Of a stretch of DNA of 51,584 bases, positions 40,312 to 47,854 are shown in pieces. The notes under the pieces are model-generated. The model had not been told where the DNA came from and ran no database searches. It saw only the letters and a program-made list of their open reading frames with translations. A program made the translations under genes and the position numbers. Source of the DNA: Deinococcales bacterium (GTDB taxonomy: Bacteria > Deinococcota > Deinococci > Deinococcales > JAAFIG01); assembly GCA_031414595.1 (NCBI GenBank), contig JANNVX010000017.1:1-51584 (forward strand), written 5' to 3'. Numbering within the stretch: the stretch's first letter is position 1; every line of letters begins with the position of its first letter.

Positions 40312-41085
40312 ATGCCTGAAAATATTCTACTCGAGTCCCCGTTTGACGGGGTACGACTTATTCGCCTCAACCGCCCAAAGGTCTTAAATGCCTTAAATAG
40401 CGCCACCATTGCCGAAATCGCATCAGCCCTCGAGGAATTCACAACCGATGAAACTGTGCGGGCAGTGGTGCTAACAGGTTCTGATAGGGCATTTGCGGCT
40501 GGCGCAGATATTTCTGAGATGAGCGGCATTGGCGTACCACAAATGCTGACCCAAAACCGTCATGCCGATTGGTTACAAATAGCGACTTTTCCTAAGCCCT
40601 TAATTGCGGCGGTGGCTGGAGTAGCGCTCGGTGGCGGCTTAGAACTCGCCATGATTTGCGATATTATTATTGCTGCCGAAAATGCCCGTTTTGGACAGCC
40701 CGAAATTAACTTGGGGATAATCCCCGGAGCAGGTGGCACACAACGCCTAACCCATGCGGTTGGTAAGAGCCTCGCCATGGAAATGGTCTTAAATGCACGG
40801 ATGCTTAGTGCCGAAGAAGCCTTAAACGCTGGCTTGGTCTCGAGTGTTTACCCGCCTGAAGTGTTGCTGCACCAGACATTAAACTTAGCCAAGCAAATCG
40901 CGGCTCGAGCGCCCTTGGCTATTCGGGCAGCCAAAGCCAGTGTCAATGCAGCCTATGAGCAGAGTTTACAACAAGGCTTAAGCACCGAACGCCAGAATTT
41001 TATGCTTTTGTTCGGTACACAAGACCAAAAAGAAGGAATGCAGGCATTTATTGAAAAACGCCGTCCCAATTGGCAAGGAAAATAG
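40312..41085 (+). CDS. Enoyl-CoA hydratase (PaaF-like)
   Basis: AFAAGADI, GGGLELA, GQPEINLG. Confidence 0.92.
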   Translation: MPENILLESPFDGVRLIRLNRPKVLNALNSATIAEIASALEEFTTDETVRAVVLTGSDRAFAAGADISEMSGIGVPQMLTQNRHADWLQIATFPKPLIAAVAGVALGGGLELAMICDIIIAAENARFGQPEINLGIIPGAGGTQRLTHAVGKSLAMEMVLNARMLSAEEALNAGLVSSVYPPEVLLHQTLNLAKQIAARAPLAIRAAKASVNAAYEQSLQQGLSTERQNFMLLFGTQDQKEGMQAFIEKRRPNWQGK

Positions 41086-41117
41086 GTTTATCGCTTGGGT
41101 TGTGATAGTTTTACGTC

Positions 41118-41357
41118 ATGCCCAAGCAAATTATGGTTTTCTTAAATTCGCCACATATCAAATCTGCACTGGTTGACGTGCCAGACAATTGTGAATTAAG
41201 CACTTGGATAACCGAGACCAAATCTCGAGACCATTTTATCAGCAGTGACGAGCAGCTTTGGGTCTACAGTGCGATTTCTGGCATAACAATGATTGAAGCT
41301 GTATCTGGAACAACTGCCGTCCAAGCCATGCAAGCCATGGAATCGCGTCGGCGCTAA
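41118..41357 (+). CDS. Hypothetical protein
   Basis: 79-aa ORF with -10-like TAGTTT 6 nt before ATG. Confidence 0.5.
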   Translation: MPKQIMVFLNSPHIKSALVDVPDNCELSTWITETKSRDHFISSDEQLWVYSAISGITMIEAVSGTTAVQAMQAMESRRR

Positions 41358-41358
41358 A

Positions 41359-42108
41359 TTATTTTGCAGGTGGTGCATTCGGGTCTGTCGGTTCGGCGGG
41401 TTTCGGGTCGGTTGGTTTCGGGTCGGTTGGTTTCGGGTCTGCTGGCGTTGTGGGCTTTGGTTCGGCTGGTTTGGGGTCTTCAATCCCCGGTTGTTTGCCA
41501 AAATCATAATTGCTTCGTAAAATCTCAAAATCGGCATTGTCCACTTTGCCATCGCCGTTAAAATCCCCTTTGATTCCGCCTGCCGTTTGGCTTTTGCCAA
41601 ATTCTCTGGCAAAGACTTCAAAATCATCTATATTGACTTTGCCATCGGCGGTTAAATCGCCGTCAGGTGCGTATTGCTGACGCAACAAGGTAATATCGGC
41701 TTCGGTGATGCTGCGTTTACCATCCCAAATCGGCTCGAGCGGTAAACCAAGGCGAATCCCAGTCTCGAGCAGTAAAGCACTTTCAAGGTCAGTTGTGTCT
41801 GGATTAATGCTGACCACAATGCTTTCTTTGCCGTCGCTACCCGTCTCGAGAATTGTGCGGGTTGCAAGGTCTGGATTCAGTTCTGGTTCTGTGCCACCCC
41901 AACGAAATTGCAGTGCCGTCCCCACTTTCGGTGCATCTACTTTAAGCGTGGTACTTGGCACAGCTTGCCATTTAGCGAAGGCTTCACGCACCAACTTCTC
42001 GAAGTTCTCGGGAGCGCCATCTTTGACCACAGTAAAGGCGAAAGGTGCAGCTAAAACTGAGAATGAAAGTACGCAAAACAGAAGATAGAACTTCAAATTT
42101 TTCTTCAT
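41359..42108 (-). CDS. Secreted protein: degenerate matrixin-like domain + type I dockerin + Pro-rich tail
   Basis: GDLTADGKVNIDDF / GDFNGDGKVDNADF duplicated Ca-binding loops; LLLETGIRLGL in place of HExxH; DPKPT repeats. Confidence 0.75.
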   Translation of the reverse strand: MKKNLKFYLLFCVLSFSVLAAPFAFTVVKDGAPENFEKLVREAFAKWQAVPSTTLKVDAPKVGTALQFRWGGTEPELNPDLATRTILETGSDGKESIVVSINPDTTDLESALLLETGIRLGLPLEPIWDGKRSITEADITLLRQQYAPDGDLTADGKVNIDDFEVFAREFGKSQTAGGIKGDFNGDGKVDNADFEILRSNYDFGKQPGIEDPKPAEPKPTTPADPKPTDPKPTDPKPAEPTDPNAPPAK

Positions 42109-42590
42109 CGCACCACCCCAAGGATTTTTTCGAGCGCTGCAATAAACGAGGCTCTGGTTACGGGTTTATTCTCGAGTTGCACGGGTTTGGCATCGGTGTT
42201 TAGAACTGTTGTACCTTCAAGTTGATATGCGCCTTGGTTAAAACCCACAATCGGACTGTCAAAGTTTTTGGTGTACAGTAAAAAAATCCATTCTGAACCG
42301 ACTTTGAAACTTGGTGCGCCCTCGAGTCTGACTTTATCTGAGCCATAAATTGCAAAACTGGGGGTTTCGGCTGTTTTGGGCAGTAAACCCTCACCTCGCC
42401 AGTATTGTTTGGTCTCGAGCAAATAGACAATCCACGGGCGCTTATTACGTTCTTCGCGTTTGACTTCCTTAATCGTGGCTCGGACAATCACTTCGGCTCG
42501 CTCAACTTGGGTTTCTAGGGACAGTTTTGGGTAGGTGGTGGCAAGGGCAAGGGAGAGAAGGCAAAAGGCAAAAGGCAAAAGGCGCTTCAT
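42105..42590 (-). CDS. Secreted hypothetical protein
   Basis: Signal peptide, LSLETQVERAEVIVRATI, P.FKVG.E..FL, VGFNQG.Y. Confidence 0.7.
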   Translation of the reverse strand: MKRLLPFAFCLLSLALATTYPKLSLETQVERAEVIVRATIKEVKREERNKRPWIVYLLETKQYWRGEGLLPKTAETPSFAIYGSDKVRLEGAPSFKVGSEWIFLLYTKNFDSPIVGFNQGAYQLEGTTVLNTDAKPVQLENKPVTRASFIAALEKILGVVR

Positions 42591-43348
42591 GGTTTGTCTC
42601 CTGTGGGTGGCGTGGTGGGAGAGGTTGGGGCTGGTGGTTTTGGTAACTCGAGGGCGGCTTTACTCAGTAAAACATTCTTAGCCCTGAGTTCAAAACCTAT
42701 TTTCCCCTCGAGTTTTAAGGGTTTTGCCAGTGCCAGCACCACATAAAAAACCGTGGCTGGGCGAACGCTGGGAATATCTTCGGATAGAGCAGCATCTATT
42801 CTTAAAACATTGCCCTCGAGACGAGAGAGCATTAAGGGTCTGCCCGCACTTGGCTCGAGGCGTTTTAGACTTGCTCCGCTTGGCAGGGAAATTGCGACCC
42901 GCATTGAACGGACATTCTTAGGGATTTTAAGGATGAAGGGCAGCCGTACTTCGTCGCGTACTTGGGTCGGAGGGATGCTCCACTCGAGACTCGGGGCGGG
43001 TAAGTTACGCACTTCTAAACGCAAATCTTGAAATTTATTGGCATTGCGTGAATCTATAATCTCGAGTGTGAATTCAAAAGTTTTTTGTTCATTGATTTTT
43101 AATTGCAATTTTGGTGTGCCTTGTAACTTTGAGCCTTGCAAAGAAATACCATCTGGTAATTTCCCCTTGGCAATTTTTAAGGTGTATGCCCGTTGTCCAC
43201 CAGTCACCCGTAATTCCTCGGAATATGATTCGTTGTTGTACGCCAAAGTCAAAGCCGTGTTGACCACGGTTATGGTATTGGCATCATTTTTGGCATCATT
43301 TGTGCCACAAGCCACAAGCAATGCCAAGAAGAAAAGAAGAAAACGCAT
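42587..43348 (-). CDS. Lipoprotein with putative Ig (He_PIG-like) domain and possible cohesin-like beta domain
   Basis: Lipobox LVAC, VTGG...Y...GKLPDGISL...LQGTP. Confidence 0.65.
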   Translation of the reverse strand: MRFLLFFLALLVACGTNDAKNDANTITVVNTALTLAYNNESYSEELRVTGGQRAYTLKIAKGKLPDGISLQGSKLQGTPKLQLKINEQKTFEFTLEIIDSRNANKFQDLRLEVRNLPAPSLEWSIPPTQVRDEVRLPFILKIPKNVRSMRVAISLPSGASLKRLEPSAGRPLMLSRLEGNVLRIDAALSEDIPSVRPATVFYVVLALAKPLKLEGKIGFELRAKNVLLSKAALELPKPPAPTSPTTPPTGDKP

Positions 43349-43423
43349 TCAAAGCAGTCTAAACAGGCTTTATGAGGACAACTCGAGACTTGGCTGAGTT
43401 GCTTGTCCTCGAGCAAAACAGTT

Positions 43424-43581
43424 TGGAAATTAGCGTTTGTTCTGTCAGTGAAAACTCCCGAAAATCGCAATTCTTTAGCGCTTAGCTTGGCAGTATTATC
43501 GCCTGTGCTGTCAGTGGACAAAGTATGTTATCGTTTGTCGTGTCAGTGACCATAATTCTATTAGCGTTTATACTGTCAGTG
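43424..43581 (+). repeat. Transposon end with five TnsB-type binding sites
   Basis: ATTAGCGTTT-N4-TGTCAGTG consensus at 43429, 43474 (weak), 43495, 43527, 43560. Confidence 0.85.
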
Positions 43582-43607
43582 ATTTTTTATGATATAATCA
43601 CACGATA

Positions 43608-44192
43608 ATGGCAACAGCGTACTCCAGTGGAATCGTAAGTCGCAAAGGGCATGTTCTATTAACCCGTCTTGGAGTAACTTTACCCTTTGAAAGTACCATC
43701 GAAGAAGCATTTGCGCGTATTCTGGATTTTGATGCCAGTGTTGTCGCTGTTCAACGAGCCGAACCAATCAATTGTTATTTGTCCGACGGACAATCTCATG
43801 CTTATACATCCGATTTTGTAATCACATTCGCCAACCAATCAAGAATTGTGGTGGACTGTAAGCCTCACAACTTACTTCAGGCAATTTTGCAAGAAGAACT
43901 TGAAAAATGGCAAAGTCGCAGCGACATCTACCGTCGCCAAGGTACACCATTATATATTGTCACAGACAGAGATTTGCCTGAATCAGCTAGAGAACAAGCC
44001 AGCGCTTTTGGACCATTCTATAATGTTGGCGTAGATGTCACAATAAGAGACAAAATCTATGAATTTCTAAAAAGCCGACCTGCCATTCCACTCAGTGTGC
44101 TGCGTGAGCAAGTTAAGGTGCTTGCCCAGCACCTTAACCTTGGAATGTCTCGAGGCTCACGAGGTCTCAACAGCATTTTGCTGGGGCGATGA
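43608..44192 (+). pseudogene. tnsA: TnsA-like endonuclease (N-terminal domain), probably truncated; frame ends inside CRISPR repeat 1
   Basis: FESTIE...LDFD..V....EPI....G..HAYTSDFVI...VVDCK matches TnsA_N PD-(D/E)xK pattern; extended -10 TGaTATAAT at 43590-43598. Confidence 0.8.
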
Positions 44193-44348
44193 TTGAAACA
44201 TTGCTGTATCAATCAGTGGAGGTAAAGATAGCCAGTCTCAACAGCATTTTGCTGGGGCGATGATGGAATTTTTGCGCTGGAAAGTGTATAATCGCCGTCT
44301 TAGGTTATTCTAAGTTGATTGAAACCGATTTACATAAGGAATTACAGA
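44164..44348 (+). CRISPR. Minimal CRISPR array: repeat, 35-nt spacer, degenerate repeat, then atypical repeat + 23-nt self-matching spacer
   Basis: GTCTCAACAGCATTTTGCTGGGGCGATGATTGAAAC (44164-44199); copy 44235-44270 with 3 mismatches at the 3' end; GTCTTAGGTTATTCTAAGTTGATTGAAAC (44297-44325). Confidence 0.8.
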
Positions 44349-44393
44349 GTGCTTAGCTTGAATTTCAAGGCTTTATGGATGTTACATAATAAT

Positions 44394-44542
44394 CACTGAC
44401 AGCATAAGCGATAAAAATTAGGTAAAATTCCATGTAAATCATGTCTATAGCAGCTTAAACCTACATTTTGACTTCCACTGACAGAATAAACGCTAATGAC
44501 AGCCTCAACGCTAACCACTGACAAAATCAACGCTAATTGCCA
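44394..44542 (-). repeat. Opposite transposon end with four TnsB-type sites
   Basis: CACTGACA-N4-AAACGCTAAT-like at 44394, 44476, 44497, 44516; terminal CA at 44541-44542. Confidence 0.85.
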
Positions 44543-44586
44543 CAGTTCGTACAAACGTCATCCAAAAAAACGGTAGACTATCTACC

Positions 44587-45210
44587 ATGTCTGTAATTCC
44601 ATACGTGATAGAACAAACAGGACGCGGTGAACGTGTCTACGACATCTACTCGAGACTTCTCAAAGACCGCATTATTTTTGTCGGCACACCCATCGAAAGC
44701 CAAATGGCGAACACGGTGGTTGCCCAATTGCTGCTGCTCGATTCGCAAAACCCCGAACGCGAGATTCAAATGTTTATCAATTGCCCCGGCGGAGAAGTTT
44801 ATGCTGGGCTTGCGATTTATGACACGATGCAGTTTGTCCGCGCTCCCATTCGCACCACTTGTGTTGGTATCGCCATGAGTATGGGCAGCGTTCTGCTGAT
44901 GGCTGGCGCAAAAGGCAGACGCACTGCCCTGCCCAATAGCCGAATTATGATTCATCAAGGCAGTGCTGGTTTTAGAGGCAATACCCCCGACCTCGAGGTT
45001 CAAGCTCGAGAAGTTCTGGCATTGCGCGACATCATGACTGGGTTATATGTCAAACACACTGGGCAATCTGGCGAAAAACTAATGCGCGACATGGAGCGCG
45101 ATAATTTTATGACCCCAAATACCGCCAAGGATTACGGCTTAATTGATGAAGTGGTCGAAATCATGCCCAAAAGCATTGGTGACGCACTCAGAGGCTCAGA
45201 TGAGCTTTAG
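44587..45210 (+). CDS. clpP: ATP-dependent Clp protease proteolytic subunit
   Basis: [39 protein letters not shown]. Confidence 0.97.
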   Translation: MSVIPYVIEQTGRGERVYDIYSRLLKDRIIFVGTPIESQMANTVVAQLLLLDSQNPEREIQMFINCPGGEVYAGLAIYDTMQFVRAPIRTTCVGIAMSMGSVLLMAGAKGRRTALPNSRIMIHQGSAGFRGNTPDLEVQAREVLALRDIMTGLYVKHTGQSGEKLMRDMERDNFMTPNTAKDYGLIDEVVEIMPKSIGDALRGSDEL

Positions 45211-45243
45211 GACTCGAGCGCTAAAAACTCAGGAGCATTGCTA

Positions 45244-46470
45244 ATGGCTCGTTGTTCTTTTTGTGGTAAAGCCGCCCATGAAGTTGAGCATTTAATCGAG
45301 TCGCCGCGTGGCAGTGCTTGGATTTGCAATGAATGTGTGGCTCAGGCTTCGGCAATGCTGACGGCGGCAAAACCAGCCACACCCGCTAAGTCCGAACCGT
45401 TTGTTCTCGAGCATGTACCAACCCCAAAAAGCATTAAACGCCACTTGGATGAATTTGTGATTGGGCAAGATGCAGCTAAAAAAGCGGTGGCAGTGGCGGT
45501 TTTTAATCATTATCAGCGCTTGCTACACCCAGAAGCCGAATTGCAAAAATCCAATATTTTACTGATTGGCTCGACTGGCACAGGTAAAACCCTGATTGCC
45601 GAAAGTGTTGCCAAAATGCTCGAAGTGCCATTTGCAATTGCCGATGCCACCACCCTGACCGAAGCCGGTTATGTCGGTGATGATGTCGAAAATGTGCTGG
45701 TGCGTTTACTTCACGCGGCGGGCATGGATGTTGGTAAAGCCGAGCGCGGTATTATTTATATAGACGAAATAGATAAGGTGGCTAGAAAGTCCGAATCGGC
45801 AAGCATCACCCGAGATGTTTCCGGCGAGGGTGTGCAACAAGCCTTACTTAAACTTCTCGAGGGAACGGTTGCCAATGTGCCACCACAAGGCGGACGTAAA
45901 CACCCTGGAGCAGAACTGGTGACAATCAACACCCAGAATATCCTCTTTATTTGCGGTGGCGCATTTGATGGCTTAGAAACGATTGCCAAAGCCCGCTTAA
46001 ACCAAAACATTGTTTCGTTCGCTAGGGTTGCCGCCAACGAAAACAGTGCGGTCGAGTTTATCCCCGAAGACCTGATTAAATTCGGCATGATTCCAGAGTT
46101 CGTTGGGCGTTTACCACTGGTTGTGGCGCTGAGAACCCTTGATGAAGCCGCCCTGATTTCGATTCTGACCGAGCCAAAAGGCGCACTGGTTAAGCAGTAC
46201 AAACAACTCTTTAAGTTGGCAGGAGTCAACCTCGAGTTTGCGGTGGAAACCCTCAAAGAAGTGGCAGCCAGAGCCATTGGGCGCGGTACTGGCGCACGCG
46301 GCTTGCGGGCTGTTCTCGAGCCAATGATGACCGAAATAATGTTTGAACTGCCCTCGGATAGTGTTACAAGCCTAAGCATTGAGCCTAAGCATTTAGATAC
46401 ACCGCTTGATTGTCTACCAACACAGCATCTGTTACAGCTTGAAGCCACTACACTTAAGAAAAGCGCTTAA
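45244..46470 (+). CDS. clpX: ATP-dependent Clp protease ATP-binding subunit
   Basis: CSFCGK..ICNEC Zn finger, [34 protein letters not shown]. Confidence 0.97.
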   Translation: MARCSFCGKAAHEVEHLIESPRGSAWICNECVAQASAMLTAAKPATPAKSEPFVLEHVPTPKSIKRHLDEFVIGQDAAKKAVAVAVFNHYQRLLHPEAELQKSNILLIGSTGTGKTLIAESVAKMLEVPFAIADATTLTEAGYVGDDVENVLVRLLHAAGMDVGKAERGIIYIDEIDKVARKSESASITRDVSGEGVQQALLKLLEGTVANVPPQGGRKHPGAELVTINTQNILFICGGAFDGLETIAKARLNQNIVSFARVAANENSAVEFIPEDLIKFGMIPEFVGRLPLVVALRTLDEAALISILTEPKGALVKQYKQLFKLAGVNLEFAVETLKEVAARAIGRGTGARGLRAVLEPMMTEIMFELPSDSVTSLSIEPKHLDTPLDCLPTQHLLQLEATTLKKSA

Positions 46471-46489
46471 GGTTTTTTGACCACGTAAA

Positions 46490-46518
46490 AATCCCATCTC
46501 GAGACTCGAGATGGGATT
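46490..46518. terminator. Hairpin between convergent clpX and repeat-protein genes
   Basis: AATCCCATCTCGAG-A-CTCGAGATGGGATT perfect inverted repeat. Confidence 0.75.
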
Positions 46519-46534
46519 AACAAAATCAAATAGC

Positions 46535-47431
46535 TTAATCTTCGCGGCGCTTGGAAAATCCGTGGTCACGGCGTTTGCCACCAAAACCACTTGAACTGCT
46601 CGAGCCACGCGAGTCATCACGGGCTGGACGCGAATCATCACGGGGTCTAAAGCCACCTTCACGCGGGGCGCTGCTGCCACCAAAGCCACGTCCAAAGCCG
46701 CCGCCTTCACGCGGCGGGCGCGAATCATCACGGGGTCTAAAGCCACCTTCACGGGGGGCGCTGCTGCTGCCACCCTCTCGAGGACGAAATCCACCCTCTC
46801 GAGGTGCAAAGCCGCCACCGCGAGAATCGCCGCCACCACGGGAGTCTGGACGGAATCCACCTTCACGGGGCTTAAAGCCACCATCACGGCTTCCACCACC
46901 AAAGCCGCCACCTTCGCGGGGCTTAAAGCCACCTTCACGCGGAGGGCGCGAATCATCACGCGGACGGAATCCACCTTCACGGCTTCCGCCACCAAAACCG
47001 CCACCTTCACGAGGACGGAATCCACCTTCACGGGGCTTAAAGCCACCATCACGGCTTCCACCACCAAAGCTGCCACCTTCGCGGGGCTTAAATCCACCTT
47101 CGCGTCCAAAACCACCTTCGCGTTTCGGGGCTGGGCTGTCGCCAATCGCGGCTTTTTCGAGCTTCTTTTCTAGTTTACGGACAATTGTGGTCAGTTCTTC
47201 GATTCGAGCGGTTAAAATACCCAATTGCAATTCGATACCACTGACCACTTCTTCATCCATCCCGTCGAGGTCGGCATCGGTTGCCAATTCATACGCCTCT
47301 TCGGTATCATCATCGGTCAAGGACAAATCTTGATCTTCAGTCATGGACAATGTATCGTCCTCTAAATCAGTTTCATCTGGGGTTAAGTTCTCTTCGATAC
47401 CATCGTTCACTTCTTTTTTCTTTCTCGGCAT
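46535..47431 (-). CDS. Low-complexity protein: acidic N-terminus, coiled coil, long REGGF(R/K)P repeat tail
   Basis: AGGAG RBS before ATG 47431; D/E-rich segment, LGILTARIEELTTIVRKLEKKLE, many REGGF repeats. Confidence 0.8.
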   Translation of the reverse strand: MPRKKKEVNDGIEENLTPDETDLEDDTLSMTEDQDLSLTDDDTEEAYELATDADLDGMDEEVVSGIELQLGILTARIEELTTIVRKLEKKLEKAAIGDSPAPKREGGFGREGGFKPREGGSFGGGSRDGGFKPREGGFRPREGGGFGGGSREGGFRPRDDSRPPREGGFKPREGGGFGGGSRDGGFKPREGGFRPDSRGGGDSRGGGFAPREGGFRPREGGSSSAPREGGFRPRDDSRPPREGGGFGRGFGGSSAPREGGFRPRDDSRPARDDSRGSSSSSGFGGKRRDHGFSKRRED

Positions 47432-47536
47432 AAAACTCCTATAAACACCGCCCGAGTTCTCTCGAGCATGCAAGCGATAACTGTACACAAAACCCGTGGG
47501 CTTCCCTAGGGCAAAAAGGAATCACCACTTACTTAT

Positions 47537-47804
47537 GGGTGCGTCTCAAGATTGGGGATTGCTAATAAATTAGCTCTCAAACAGCCTCCTAAAAGCAAAT
47601 CGAATCATCATCTGCTCTTACGACCCTCTCCCAACTCGCTTCTTGACCCCTACAGCAGCACCTTCGGGCTTGGGTCGCTTAGGCTCGTTACCCTCTCCCG
47701 CGTGCGGGAGAGGGTCGTTGCGAGTTCACGAGCAACGGGGAGAGGGTGCTTAGAAGTCGTGGGTTTTCATTCTGTAGCAAAACCCCCAATTCTGAGATGC
47801 ACCC
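47537..47804. mobile_element. MITE with ~28-bp TIRs carrying a CCCTCTCCC-type palindromic repeat and a micro-element copy
   Basis: GGGTGCGTCTCAAGATTGGGGATTGCTA / TAGCAAAACCCCCAATTCTGAGATGCACCC; flanks CTTACTTAT / CTTTCTTAC. Confidence 0.75.
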
Positions 47805-47808
47805 CTTT

Positions 47809-47854
47809 CTTACCAATGAAGTATGGGACTACTTACCAATGAAGTATGGGACTA
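47809..47854. repeat. Perfect 23-bp tandem duplication overlapping a stop codon
   Basis: CTTACCAATGAAGTATGGGACTA twice. Confidence 0.9.

Larger units (their letters stand above)
43424..44542. mobile_element. Non-autonomous Tn7-like mini-transposon (CAST-like relic)
   Basis: Ends TGGAAATTAGCG... / ...CGCTAATTGCCA; TSD CAGTT at 43419-43423 and 44543-44547; 5+4 repeated 22-bp sites; tnsA fragment; CRISPR mini-array. Confidence 0.9.

Noticed and set aside
43608-44542. Assignment of the element to a specific CAST type (V-K or I-D)
   Set aside because: No cas, tnsB, tnsC, tniQ or identifiable tracrRNA remains; PAM and distance are compatible with more than one type.
46560-47120. Repeat region as a CRISPR array
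   Set aside because: Repeats are in-frame coding units with synonymous variation and no unique spacers.
46432-47333. Alternative long ORFs (46432-47145 minus, 46551-47333 plus)
   Set aside because: Shadow frames of the REGGF repeat gene; only the 47431 start has an RBS and a non-repetitive N-terminus.
47552-47842. 96-aa ORF
   Set aside because: Lies almost wholly within the MITE and its nested palindromes.
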